This document shows positions 50,191 to 64,000 of a stretch of DNA of 64,000 bases, in pieces. Origin of the DNA: Haliotis rufescens (taxonomy: Eukaryota). Where the stretch lies: NCBI RefSeq assembly GCF_023055435.1, contig NW_025964223.1:1922001-1986000 (forward strand). The letters are read 5' to 3'. The notes beneath the pieces are model-generated. The model searched no databases. It saw nothing but the letters and a program-made list of their open reading frames with translations, and was not told the origin of the DNA. The translations under genes and the position numbers were made by a program. Within the stretch, counting starts at the first letter, position 1. Each line of letters begins with the position of its first letter.

Positions 50191-53100
50191 TTAATGCTGC
50201 ACGCTGCAATGTTCCATGTATACGAGTCTGGGAAGATGACCCAGTGTTTGAGCACCGATCCACCTTACCAGGTACATTTACACGCTACCAACCAAGTCAC
50301 TCATCCAAACCATTCGATTCATTAAGTTTTCTCCTACGACACGCATTTCTTACTTGGGACAAATTCCATCCTGGAATTAGAACTATGTCTATCAGTACAT
50401 CAAAATGCGCAATAGACTTCTTAAATTAGTTGTTACAATGCTATTACACAAAGAATGAGAGAATTCACAATTGACATGTTAGATTCAGTAGTTACATATC
50501 AAGCATCTATCACACTATCAGTGACACATTCTGAATGGTTTGAAATTAAGTACATCTTTAAATGTGTCATAGTATTAATATTCTTAATAGTGTTTCGTGA
50601 ACTTTTTTTAACCTGCGATGGTGTATTTATATTTCCATTTCAGTTATTATCGACAAGTTCAAATAGTTTTTAAAATGACAACAAATTATCCCTATACGGT
50701 TGTTCTTGCCAACTTCAATTCCTTAATGCTGTTGCCTTGCAAAGTCTGTCGCAGCAGATTCGCCCTGATTATGTTCCTAGATAAGTCAGCACAATATATA
50801 CCCGTAAAGTTGATTGCTTTCTTAATAAGCGCACTCGTGGGTTTCACCAAAGTGATAAACGTTGGAGACCTGCATCCTGTTAAAAGCGGCGTTTAACCCA
50901 CTTTCAGGCAAGGGCGTTAACTCACTATGGATGTCCAGTTTCCATATTGCCGAATTAGGATGGAATTCCTGATTTACGTTTTGGTTAGACTAACGAGTCT
51001 ATGCATAGTCCAATCAAAATCGCCTTGTCAATCAAATTCCAGCCTCGTTCGGCGAGGGTGGAAAATGGACTTTTATAGTCAACGCCATTGCTCGTGAAAT
51101 TGCGTTAAACCCAACACACGCACACTGTCAGAGTTTGTTTGTTTGTTGTTTAACGCCGAAATCAGCAATATTCCAGCTATTTGACGGCGCCCTTAAAAAT
51201 TATCGAGTCTGGACCAGACAATCCAGTGATTGACATCATGAGCATTGATCCACGCAATTTGGATACAATGACATGCATCAACCAAGTCAGCGAGCCTGAC
51301 CACCCGATCCCGTTGGTCGCCTTTTATGGGAAGCATGAATTGCTGAAGTACCTATTCTACCCCGGATCTTCACGGGTCCAATGTCAGAGAAACAGTTACA
51401 TACTCATATCCACAAACAGCATAGATAACTGTTTCATATTTATGAAGCATTTATTCCATTTTGTTGATGTCTTTTTAATCATGTTTTGTTTATATTTTTG
51501 GGTTTCAGGTAACAGTTGCTTGGATGAAAGAAGATGCCACAGAAATAATTCCATGTTTTTTATCTTATTCCAGACACAAAATTACTGCTTATTATTTTTC
51601 TGTGAAAGAAAAAGCGGACAATTTGTTATATTTTTGCACAAATATTTTGTTCCGGAAATCCAGTGACAAGTACTTTTCCTTTTTTTATGGTAAAACAAAC
51701 TTAATCGTTACAAGTATTATCTGCAACAAATTATTAATTTAAAAAAACTCCCAATATTTTCCCCTTCAGACGGGAGATAATCTTCATCAACAACATACAT
51801 TTTGGCAGTCATCAGGAGGTGTGGTGAGGTGAAATTGGGTTTAACGTCGCGTCCAAGATTATTGCACTTATATAGGGATGCGCATGCACGTGTATGTGTG
51901 TGTGTTGCTGCTTGTACTAGTCCGGACTGATGCTGATTAATAGTGCAAGCCCACTGAGATACCATGCCGCAGTTTAACATGAGTACCCCACTCAGACACA
52001 GTATGCCGAGTCCTAGCCGACTAGTCCCTGCTTTATCCCCTTAACACCAAGCGCCAGGCAGGGTAACAACAAGTACCATATATTAACGTCTTTAGGTATG
52101 ACTCGGACTGTGATCGACTGTGATCTACCACTACCAGGGAGGCGGTCTCATCAGGATGTGTTGCTGTGTCTCTGAGCTTGGAGGAAGGATGGACATGTTG
52201 GTGACATGTCGGTGATGATAGATCCGGTTGGAGTATTCTGTCACAAGGACATCAAGTGACATGTCACAGCAAGGTTGTTTGTTTGGTTGGTTGGTTGTTT
52301 AATGCGGCACTCAGCAAAATTCCAACTATGTATAACTTCAAGCACAATATACTGCACATGAGCACAACACAAATTATTTTTTTATGGATAGAAAAATAAA
52401 TGCAACAAAAAATCTTATTTTCTTGTGCTGTATTTTACAGTTTGTTGTCCAGCTCAAACTTAACCACAAAACCAATTTTCACAAACGTTAAAATATAAAA
52501 TTTTGAATACCAATTTGGTTGAATTCTGCTACATCGAGTTACTATATAGCCTCTCTAGATCCTGAACAATATTAGTTTCCCTTCTGCCCAGCCCTAACTG
52601 TATTGCTATAGCCCTGAAGTCTCCACAGATTCACTCCCATCTCACTGGGGTTCTTTCTTTCTAAATGTAATTGTTGTTTCTATCAAAATAATTTATTTTC
52701 AGAGACTAAGTGAGTATGGTTTTACGCTGCTTTTAGCAATATCACGTTGGGGACACCAGAAATGGGCTTCACACATTGTACCCATGTCGGGAATCGAACC
52801 CGGGTCTTTGGGGTGACGAGCGAACGCTTTAAACTAGGCTACCCGACCGCCCCCTTCAGAGACTAAGGGTTTGTCTAAGTTACTATCATGTTGTTATATT
52901 CCATAACTAAAATTCAATGCTTTTGTTATCTCACAGAATTAATCAGTTTAACAATGATTGAACTTCTGATAAAATTCACACCTCATCTCATTCAGTAAGC
53001 CGTTTTTATAGTCCTGACAGGTTTCATAATGGTTAATAATAGAATGCTCTTTGGCCATGTTGGCAACACTCCCGTGTGAGTTATCTCCCTTACCTCTGCC

Positions 53101-53449
53101 CTAACACAGAACACATTCTCGGAATCTAAAACTGAAACTGTTGGTTTTTCCACCACCAACCTACTTGAATGTCATATTCCCTTCTCTGATAGCACACCTT
53201 CCCGATTGATCTGCATTTCACTGTGTGTTTGACTTAGGCCCAAAAAAATAATAGTCTTGGTTCTCAGGCACTACCCGCATCATCATAATGTTCACAGCAC
53301 GTTTCATTTTTATTTCCATTTTTAAAACAGAAAAACAAAAATCCTTTAATATTCCAAGCCTAACAGTAGTCAAATACTGTATTCCAGTATTTTACTCATC
53401 AAGGAATACATTTATGAAGGGAGGCCCTTTTACACTACTGTTTGTTTTG

Positions 53450-53806
53450 TTACACATGTTTATTTGGTTACACATCTGTTTGTTTGGTTACACATCTGTT
53501 TGGTTACAAATCTGTTTGTTTGATTACACATCTGTTTGTTTGGTTACACATCTGTTTATTTGGTTACACATCTGTTTGTTTGGTTACACATCTGTTTGTT
53601 TGGTTACACATCTGTTTGGTTACACATCTGTTTGTTTGATTACACATCTGTTTGTTTGGTTACACATCTGTTTGTTTGATTACACATCTGTTTGTTTGGT
53701 TACACATCTGTTTGTTTGGTTACACATCTGTTTATTTGGTTACACATCTGTTTGTTTGGTTACACATCTGTTTATTTGGTTACACATCTGTTTATTTGGT
53801 TACATA
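53450..53806. repeat. ~21-bp minisatellite
   Basis: Unit ttggttacacatctgtttgtt. Confidence 0.95.
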
Positions 53807-56799
53807 CTAGCTTGAACAACCCAAAAAAACACACCACCCACCCGCACTATATTTTTAAAAGCCATTGCCTGAGAACCAATTATTTTATTTGTTTAAGCCG
53901 TACATGACTCAATCCTTCAGTATAGTTTCTGATAACACCTGGAGTGGCCCAGATTGTACCTGTTTGCCACTGTTGGGCAACCAGCAAACCTGGTTTTGGT
54001 GCTGCCAAATTGTGAATCAACATCAAGATGAATCTGGAAGTGAATACCAACAAATGAGGACAGCAGTCAGAGGCAAATATGAACCTTGACATGTCGCTGA
54101 GCAACCTGAGCCCTCGACATATGCGCACGGTTCCTCTTCAACACAACATGTGCTTCGTATGCTGTGCTTGATGGGTGGTGCTTGGTTTTGTGTTCAGTAC
54201 CATTTCCTCCACCAAGGACGCCATCCTCCGGAGGCAAGGCAGTTAATTGACTGTGAAAGTCCAGTTTACACCCTTGTCGAACTAGGCAGGAATTTCTGGG
54301 CTTGATAGTAGAGCCACCCGTGGCCATTACAAGTCATGTCCCTTCTATGTCCCCACTACTGACCAATCAGATTCTACCTTTCATATATCTTGCATCAAAC
54401 AAAATTGCGGCGGCCAGTCAAGATGATTCATCGATAATAGGTTCCTTATTGTGACAAAACGGGTTTTACCTTGGGAAGGGCATTAAATCACTTGAGCATC
54501 TTGATTATAAACATGAAAAAATTCGGAAAATATCTGTTGATGCCCAGTTGACGGTACATATGCTCTGCATATCCTGCAATCAAACGAATTGGACTATGCA
54601 TAGACTCATTAGTCAAGCCAAAATATAACTCCATAATTGCGCCTAGTTCGGTAAAGGTGGAAACGACTTTTAAAGCGAGTTAACTCACTTGCCTCGGGAA
54701 GATGCAACCATCATCATCAACACAAACCCCATCACAAACGTCACCCAACCATTGAAACAAACAAAATGCACAAAAAGAAAGAAGTATGTTTTTATTGAGG
54801 CTTGACTAACTTCAACATACACACTTGAGACAGTCAGTACAGAGACCTTCACAGAAGCAGTCCTAAACACAGATGTCGTGTGGGGGGTTTGTCTATAGAA
54901 GCATAGAAGTGAGCAGTCATTGCTGTAACATACACCATGATGGGATGTCTAGCTTTGGGGATGGTTGACTTGTGACAGCACCTTAAATAGCATCAGTTAT
55001 ACTACTCAAAAGAAGATAAACATGATAAAGAACAGCCATTTTTTCCATGTGAGTATTGTTAATCTGTCATGCCATGAACATCCCATGACAGATTAACTAT
55101 AATCATGTGAAATAGTCATGTGCTCTTTAGCTTCTTTAGAGTAGCATATATTGTGGCTAGAGCAGTATAGATGATGACCACTCTAGCGAAACCAAGGGGT
55201 ATGGTGTTGACAAACCAACTCTGGATTTGAACCAATAAGAACTGGCTCCTGGCCTGGCTAAGGGACACAACTCTGCTGTAATTTGCACTGCCTCAGACCA
55301 CTAAGCCACTGTGCCCCATCAAGCTTTGACAACAGGTTAAAGTGTTTCAAACATTAAAACAAAGCGTGCTATTAAATCTGTACCCATGACCTTTTTGCCC
55401 ATTGCCTGGTGCTACGGTATCATAGTTCTCAGCATAAGGGTGGTGGATAAAGGCATAGTCTATGTCCTAATGACAGTTGTTAGTCTGCTGGATTAACAAA
55501 TATGTGTGTAATGCTTCAGTCCTCATGAAACAGAACAAAACAACTGGTCAGCCTTAGAAGTTTGTGTTTTTCTAAAGTCAAGTCCAGAGGACTAATCCAA
55601 AAGTGATGTCACAAGTCTTCAGAGTTCATAGACTATGGTTCTAAGATCACAGCATTGAGAACTTTTGAAGCAGTGTTAGAAATTGTCACTAGTCCTATAG
55701 TCCTTGCCAAACTACCTAATAGTTAAGGTATCATACTATAGAACTTTGCCCTTTTAAAGGGTTTTGCTATATGTGAACATCATAAGGACTAGTGGACTAA
55801 AACAGTTAGTTTCTATCACTGTTGAAGTGTTATAGCCCTCATATGTTGCTAGCCCTTCAGGACTACCATTATTGGATGTTTAGTTGTCCTGGTCGCAACT
55901 TGGTAGTCTCAGGCCAGCAGACAAGCATGAATTGCAAAGACTGCTGGTAACAAAGCCCATGATTCTTGTGAGATACCAGCTGGTGAATAATCCAATGATT
56001 TCATTTCTACCATTCCTGCATGAAGTGGCACATTATCACAGCAGTGTCATCAACAGCTACATCAGGCTCATCCAGATGCCTGGATCTGGAGGACGCGATT
56101 CATCCATGATTGAGTGAGTGTAACAATCTACTGGGGTTCGAACTAACAACAACACAGCCAGCCACACAGAACTATCACATAGAGCATAAAATATGTTATC
56201 TACAATAAGAACACACACTCAAGAGTCTCCTGACTATGACTGCCACTGGGCGGCCAACCTTACAAACCTTAAAAAGATTAACAAAAGGCATTAAAAAAAC
56301 ATTGTCCCTCCTGTCCACTGTGCCCAGCTGGCATCCAGTGAAAGTAGTTGTTATGAATGGTTGGTTTGTTGTTTAACGCCACACTCAGCAATACTCCAGC
56401 TGTATGACGGCGGTCTGTAAATAATCAACTCTGGACCAGACAATCCAGTGACTGATATCATGAGCATCGATCCACGCAATTGGGATCGATGACATGCTTC
56501 AACCAAGTCAGCGAGCCTGACCACCCGATCCCGTTTGTTGTAATGAAAGGAAATAAGTTTTGTTTTTGTCTAATATGTTTTTTAAGAATAATTACTAGTT
56601 GTGTGGAATACAAGACTGATCATGACCTTGACATTGGTGCAGTGGAAGTAAACTGTCGAAAGCCGCTGAAAGTCTTTTGTCATGGCAGTAGTTCATGCTC
56701 ATATATTGGCAAGTGAGTGCATGTTGTTTAAAACATTGTCCTAAGTAACATCACAAGGATCTGTAATTACTCAAGGTTGTCTCATCTATTACTTAATTT

Positions 56800-57167
56800 A
56801 GGTGAGGTGAGGTGAGGTGGTGAGGTGAGATGGGGTTTAACGTCACGTCCAAGATTATTGCACTTATATAGCGACGTGCATGCACGTGTGTGTGTGTGTG
56901 TGGCTGCTTGTACTAGTCCGGACTGATGCCGATTTATAGTGCTAGCTCACTGAGATACCATGCCGCAGTTTAACATGAATACCCCACTCAGACACAGTAT
57001 ACTGACTCCGAGCCGACCAGTCCTTGTTTTAGCCCCTTAATGCCGAGCGCCAGACAGAGTAACAACAAGTACCATCTTTTAACGTCTTTTGGTATGACGC
57101 GGCCGGGGATTGAACCAGGACCTTCTGCTCTCCGGGCGGACGCTCTACCACTAGACCACAGAGGCGG
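56800..57167 (-). mobile_element. tRNA-derived SINE family 3, full-length copy (others ~1775-1983, 9680-9890, 16410-16635, 21395-21640, 22485-22770, 32090-32310, 41285-41520, 51815-52145, 63034-63355)
   Basis: tRNA-like head ggtctagtggtagagcg...ggttcaatcccc, body gtcataccaaaagacgttaaaagatggtact..., and (cacct)n tail. Confidence 0.85.
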
Positions 57168-58358
57168 TTATATAATTTAGGTAATTGAATATCAAGATCG
57201 ATCAGTCTGCGAGTCCTAGCGTGAATGTCACAATTTGTTTCGGGTAAGATGTCCTGGTACCACAAATCTGCCTGTGCGAATAAGCACCCTTTACAAACTT
57301 CTAGTCAAATCTGTAATTAACTTTTTGGACTCATTGACAGAAAATTTACAAAACAGTCGATATTTTCTTCCCGAGAACACAAGTGTAGAAGGAGAATGTA
57401 GCTGCCCAGTAATTGGGATCACTAATGTATTAGTTGCGTCAATGAGCATTTCTGATTAAATGCAATGTTTTTATACTTACCTGACGCTACACCTATAGCA
57501 CAGTGTAGCGTCAGGTAAGGTAAAACATTTACTTACATTGTATGATTTTAAATGTTGCCTCACTTTGTCAATTTTCAAAGTGTCCATGGTGCTTATTATG
57601 GCAAAAACGGTATCTAAAGAAATGGTGGCTAATTCTCTTGAATAACTTTAGTCTGTTTGAAGCCAAACAAATCTTTGACACATTTCGACCAAAGATCCAA
57701 TTCTCACACACGTTTCACTACAAATCACAGCCTTGCGTTGGTGTCAAATCAGTTTCTCTAGCCTAGTCTAGCAAAGCATAAATAGGGTCCCATCACACCA
57801 CGGGGACATCAACATGTACATCTCTATACAATCAACATCCAATACACATAAAAAACAAAGAAAAACAATACGAAACTCTGAGATCACACAACAATATCTC
57901 GTGTGGTTGAGTACCAGATTGTTAATGATACTGAATGATGTATACAAATCTACTTCTACCACTACATGGGCATGTATCTGATACTCCTACACAGGCAAAT
58001 ACACAACTTCACGAAAGAAAAAACTGCATCTGGTATAAATATAGAATTGTTTCAATAAGTTCAATCAAGCAGAAGTGTAGCAATCTCTCCGTTTGCTTCA
58101 GACAAAGCCATTTAGTGCACAAACATTACTTATAATTACTGATATAATTTTCCCAAGCTCCACTTATATGAAAGTGTATAGTTAAGACATTGCAACTGTT
58201 GTCCATGTGTTCAGAATAAGCGAGTAAGGAGGTTTGCCATATTTAGCCATATTGCAACTATAAAATGACAGGGAAGACAAAGAAGAGGCCTCCCACATTG
58301 GCGGAGTTCAACACAGGCTTCCTCACTGCCCACTGCCCCAACATATAATGACCTAGGG

Positions 58359-60950
58359 ATACAGAAGACACATCGTGATGGCCTCCTGTGCATACAGAAG
58401 GCATATCGTGATGGGTTCTGTGCATACAGAAGGCATATCGTAATGGCCTCCCGTGCATACAGAAGACACATCGTGATGGCCTCCTGTGCATACAGAAGAC
58501 ACATCGTGATGGCCTCCTGTGCATACAGAAGACATATCATGATGGCCTCCTGTGCATACAGAAGACATATCATGATGGCCTCCCGTGCATACAGAAGACA
58601 TATTGTGATGGCCTCCTGTGCATACAGAAGACATATCGTGATGGCCTCCTGTGCATACAGAAGGCATATCGTGATGGGTTCTGTGCATACAGAAGACATA
58701 TTGTGATGGCCTCCTGTGCATACAGAAGACATATCATGATGGCCTCCCGTGCATACAGAAGACATATTGTGATGGCCTCCTGTGCATACAGAAGACATAT
58801 CATGATGGCCTCCCGTGCATACAGAAGACATATTGTGATGGCCTCCTGTGCATACAGAAGACATATCATGATGGCCTCCCGTGCATACAGAAGACATATT
58901 GTGATGGCCTCCTGTGCATACAGAAGACACATCGTGATGGCCTCCTGTGCATACAGAAGGCATATCGTGATGGGTTCTGTGCGTACAGAAGGCATATCGT
59001 AATGGCCTCCCGTGCATACAGAAGACATATTGTGATGGCCTCCTGTGCATACAGAAGACACATCGTGATGGCCTCCTGTGCATACAGAAGACACATCATG
59101 ACGGCCTTCTGAGCATACAGAAGACATATCATGATGGCCTCCTGTGCATACAGAAGACATATCGTGATGGCCTCCCGTGCATACAGAAGACATATTGTGA
59201 TGGCCTCCTGTGCATACAGAAGACATATCGTGATGGCCTCCCATGCATACAGAAGACATATCGTGATGGCCTCCCGTGCATACAGAAGACATATTGTGAT
59301 GGCCTCCTGTGCATACAGAAGACATATCGTGATGGCCTCCCGTGGATACAGAAGGCATATCGTGATGGGTTCTGTGCATACAGAAGGCATATCGTGATGG
59401 CCTCCTGTGCATACAGAAGACATATCGTGATGGCCTCCCGTGCATACAGAAGACATATTGTGATGGCCTCCTGTGCATACAGAAGACATATCGTGATGGC
59501 CTCCCGTGCATACAGAAGACATATTGTGATGGCCTCCTGTGCATACAGAAGACATATCGTGATGGCCTCCTGTGCATACAGAAGACACATCGTGATGGCC
59601 TCCTGTGCATACAGAAGACATATCGTGATGGCCTCCTGTGCATATAGAAGACACATCATGATGGCCTTCTGTGCATACAGAAGACATATCATAATGGCCT
59701 CCTGTGCATACAGAAGACACATCGTGATGGCCTCCTGTGCATACAGAAGACACATCATGATGGCCTTCTGAGCATACAGAAGACATATCATGATGGCCTC
59801 CTGTGCATACAGAAGACATATCGTGATGGCCTCCCGTGCATACAGAAGACATATTGTGATGGCCTCCTGTGCATACAGAAGACATATCGTGATGGCCTCC
59901 TGTGCATACAGAAGACACATCGTGATGGCCTCCTGTGCATACAGAAGACATATCGTGATGGCCTCCTGTGCATACAGAAGACATTTTGTGATGGCCTCCC
60001 GTGGATACAGAAGGCATATCGTGATGGGTTCTGTGCATACAGAAGGCATATCGTGATGGCCTCCTGTGCATACAGAAGACATATCGTGATGGCCTCCCGT
60101 GCATACAGAAGACATATTGTGATGGCCTCCTGTGCATACAGAAGACATATCGTGATGGCCTCCCGTGCATACAGAAGACATATTGTGATGGCCTCCTGTG
60201 CATACAGAAGACATATCGTGATGGCCTCCTGTGCATACAGAAGACACATCGTGATGGCCTCCTGTGCATACAGAAGACATATCGTGATGGCCTCCTGTGC
60301 ATATAGAAGACACATCATGATGGCCTCCTGTGCATACAGAAGACACATCGTGATGGCCTCCTGTGCATACAGAAGACACATCATGATGGCCTTCTGAGCA
60401 TACAGAAGACATATCATGATGGCCTCCTGTGCATACAGAAGACATATCGTGATGGCCTCCTGTGCATACAGAAGACACATCGTGACATATCGTGATGGCC
60501 TCCCGTGCATACAGAAGACATATTGTGATGGCCTCCTGTGCATACAGAAGACACATCGTGACATATCGTGATGGCCTCCCGTGCATACAGAAGACATATT
60601 GTGATGGCCTCCTGTGCATACAGAAGACATATCGTGATGGCCTCCTGTGCATACAGAAGACACATCGTGATGGCCTCCTGTGCATACAGAAGACATATCG
60701 TGATGGCCTCCTGTGCATACAGAAGACATTTTGTGATGGCCTCCTGTGCATACAGAAGACATATCGTGATGGCCTCCTGTGCATACAGAAGACATTTTGT
60801 GATGGCCTCCTGTGCATGCAGAAGACATATCGTGACTGTTCCATGTACATACAGAAGACAAAACATAATCAGCCCATGTGCAGAGGTCATATCAAGACAG
60901 CAACCTGTGCATACAGAGGACACATCGAGACTGCCACCCGTATATACAGG
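58359..60950. repeat. 33-bp minisatellite immediately 3' of the ATE1 stop codon
   Basis: Unit gtgatggcctcctgtgcatacagaagacatatc. Confidence 0.97.
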
Positions 60951-60982
60951 AGATCTTGGAGTCTGGTTGAAATCCCCAGGAT

Positions 60983-61161
60983 CTACTTCCTGAACAGCAA
61001 CATCCGCTCCGCACATGTCTTCCCTGCCAACATGGCATACTCCTTCACTTCTGCCTCATCGTTAGCGTTGGGTTTCATGAAACTGTACACCTCGTACGGC
61101 ATGGCCTCAGAGTCGTACAGAACCAGTACTCGATCAAGGTCAATGTTGCTGTTGTCATCAC
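60983..61161 (-). CDS. ATE1: Arginyl-tRNA--protein transferase 1, last coding exon
   Basis: ttgcag|GT GAT GAC...(DDNSNIDLDRVLVLYDSEAMPYEVYSFMKPNANDEAEVKEYAMLAGKTCAERMLLFRK*) matches the animal ATE1 C-terminus (...CSERMLLFRN). Missing from the ORF track. Confidence 0.92.
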
Positions 61162-61347
61162 CTGCAACACCAACAACACATGAGCATCTTCTCTCTCTCT
61201 CTACACCACACAGTCTTCATGCTCTTGTTCTGTTAAGGGATTTTGTTTCATGAGATTTGTGTGCACACAGAACTCCAAAAGCTTCTTAATGTAATATCTT
61301 CATTCTACTAAAAGAGCAGTGGACATGCCATATGGTGTATGACAAAG

Positions 61348-61600
61348 GACCCGTGAAGGTCCAGGGTAGAACAGGTCTTCAGCAACCAATGCTTGCCGTA
61401 AAAGGTGATTTTGCTTGTTTTAAAAGGCAACTAACGGGATCGCTGACTTGGTCGATGCATGTCATTGTATCCCAATTACGTGGATCGATGCTCATGATGT
61501 CAATCACTGGACTGTCTGGTCCAGACTCGATTGTTTACAGACCGCCGTAATATAGCTGGAATATTGCTGAGTGCGGCGTTAAACTACAAACAAATAAACA
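61348..61600 (+). mobile_element. SINE-like family 2 (others ~1039-1540 - interrupted, 10823-11040 +, 51134-51378 -, 56360-56535 -, 62180-62385 +)
   Basis: acccgtgaag...cttcagcaacc...ctggtccagactcgatt...tagctggaatattgctgagtgcggcgttaaac followed by (aaac)n; dispersed copies. Confidence 0.8.
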
Positions 61601-61699
61601 AACTGTACAACAAAGCTTCTTCTATGGGTTAGTTCATGGTTGATTATGTGCTGCAACAACATGGACTCTTAACCACCACACCACTCTGTTCAGCTTTGT

Positions 61700-61879
61700 G
61701 GCACGCACCTACACCATCTGACCGTAACTAGGATCTCAGGACATGCACCAACACCATCTGACCTTAACTAGGATCTCAGGACACGCACCTACAACATCCG
61801 ACCTTAACTAGCATCTCAGGACACGCACCTACACCATCCGACCTTAACTAGGATCTCAGGACACACACCTACACCATCC
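61700..61879. repeat. 40-bp tandem repeat (~4.5 copies) overlapping an ATE1 splice donor
   Basis: Unit gacacgcacctacaccatccgaccttaactaggatctcag. Confidence 0.92.
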
Positions 61880-61986
61880 TCTTCTAGTCTGGCATAGCGA
61901 CTGGCATCCAGCTTGGGCCGACACTTCTCAATGGAGACCCAGGTGTAGGCCTCGGGACAAGCCAGGAAGGAAGGATAGTACTGACC
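61869..61986 (-). CDS. ATE1: ATE1, penultimate coding exon
   Basis: tttcag|GQYYPSFLACPEAYTWVSIEKCRPKLDASRYARLEEDGV G|gtgtgt, phase 0/1. A donor 6 nt upstream is also in phase. Confidence 0.92.
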
Positions 61987-62680
61987 CTGAAACAACAGCA
62001 TCAATGTAAGTTCATGACACAGCCCAGCATCTGTACAGCCACTCAGTCTGTGATGCCAGTTATTTATAGCACTGAAGATTATCTCTGAAAATCACAAATA
62101 TCATATGTCAGCTGCTTCTGAATGTGACATCTTCCTGATGCAAGGGAGATAACTGACTAGAAAAGTCCAGTTTCGACCTTTGCCTGTCGTAAGAGGCGAC
62201 TACCAGGATCGGGCGGTCAGTCTCGCTGACTTGGTTGATGCATGTCATCGTATCCCAATTGTGTGGATCGATGCTCATAACATCAATCACGGGATTGTCT
62301 GGTCCAGACTCGATTATTTACCGCCGTCATATAGCTGGAATATTGCTGAGTGCAGTGTTAACAACAAACCAACAAACCAACAAACCTTGCCGAACTAGAC
62401 TGGAATTTTGTGGCTCAATCGTAGCACCACCAATGACTATTACAAGTTATGTCCCTTCTATGTCCCCCCTTTTGACCAATCAGATTCCACCTCTCATATC
62501 ATTTGTATTTGCTTCAAACAAAATGGAAACGCCGAGTCAAAACAATCTGAATGATAATCAAGATCCAATAAAAATAAAATGGGTCTCGCGAAGTGCATAA
62601 TATCATTCAAGCACCTTCACTACAAACATGAAAAGATTTGGAAAATATCTGTTGACGCCCAGTTGATGGTACACATGTTA

Positions 62681-62992
<312 letters not shown>

Positions 62993-64000
62993 TTATCACT
63001 GAGTCAGCATCACTGAACGTTACATACAACACTAGGTGAGGTGAAATAGGGTTTAATGTCGCATCCAAGATTATTGCACTTATATAGCGATGTGCATGCA
63101 CGTATGTATGTGGCTGTGCTTGTATAAGTCCGGACCTATGCCGATTTTATAGTGCTAGCCCACTGAGATACCATGCTGCAGTTTAACATGAATACCCCAC
63201 TCAGACACAGTATACTCTGAGTCGACCAGTCCTTGTTTTAGCCCTTAATGCCCAGCATCAGACAGAGTATCATCTTTTGGTATGACACGGCCTGGGATCG
63301 AATCCCAGACCTTCTGCTCTCTGGGGGATGCTCTACCACTAGACCACGGAGGGGGTCACATACAACAACGAAACCAGTCAGGTGACATAATGAAAGCCAT
63401 ATGACCAGAGATTTATCAAGGTTTCTAAACTAAGCACACTTGGCAATCAAATTGTGAAAGTTCTTTATTTTGTTAAAAGTTGGGATTTTTAAAAGTTCTT
63501 ATTGGCATAATTTCAGCGGTATTAACATTGCAATCAATGGAATAATGTAAAACTAATCATTTTAGAACTAAGTGGGTCAAGTAGCCCTTGAGAATTTCTT
63601 CCATGGTATTTGGAACTGAATCTAGAGATCCCTAACTTCATCTTTTAACATGAGGGTAATGATGACGACCCCTTGACTGCCATGCTTAATTCAAACAATG
63701 CTAAGCACTGAAGCCTCTTACTCCTTATTTGTCCTTTATCAGTGAAAACCAAGTTACCACTACAAAGCCGTTACATTAGTTACAATTATATGAACATGAA
63801 TTCGGAAGTTTTTACTACTACAGTAAACTTCGGTTGTAACAAACTCAAGTGAGTGAGTGAGTATTTTTTTACACCACTTTTTGCAATATTCCAGCAATAT
63901 CATGGCAGAGGTCACCAGAAATGGGCTTCACACATTGTGCCCATGTGGGAATCGAACCCGGGTCTTCAGTTTGACGAGCAAACGCTTTAACCACTAGGCT

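Noticed and set aside
47050-50263. 768-1054 aa Pro/His/Ser-rich ORFs (also 37320-38497)
   Set aside because: Translations of a 31-bp minisatellite that is stop-free on one strand in all three frames; no splice or domain evidence.
58211-61016. Many long Cys/His/Met-rich ORFs on both strands
   Set aside because: They come from the 33-bp minisatellite; the real coding exon is ATE1 60983-61161 in another frame.

Overview
Eukaryotic (animal) genomic DNA, probably a mollusc: the SINE families resemble those I know from abalone (Haliotis), but this is inference. All recognisable genes are spliced and on the minus strand. The right end holds the last three coding exons of ATE1 (arginyl-tRNA--protein transferase). 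Downstream of it is a tandem cluster of at least four PHYHIP/PHYHIPL-family genes (A, running off the left edge; B; C; D) plus a frameshifted relic exon. B, C and D can be reconstructed in full with five exons each: a micro start exon, an FN3-like exon, a 65-80 nt linker, a second FN3-like exon, and a PHYHIP C-terminal exon. All splice sites are GT-AG with consistent phases. C and D lie in a ~10 kb tandem segmental duplication. The cluster shows a paired NF-kB/Rel-type site conserved in the promoters of B, C and D, an R...S...E motif pattern reminiscent of ADP-ribosyltransferase folds, a hypervariable insert just before the conserved Glu, gene-conversion mosaicism and birth-and-death. Together these suggest a diversifying, possibly immune-inducible enzyme family (a hypothesis). 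The rest is dense repeat: minisatellites (the source of most long ORFs in the track), several SINE families, MITEs, degenerate LINE, Tc1 and Gypsy fragments, a Penelope-like hairpin, and one 155-N assembly gap.
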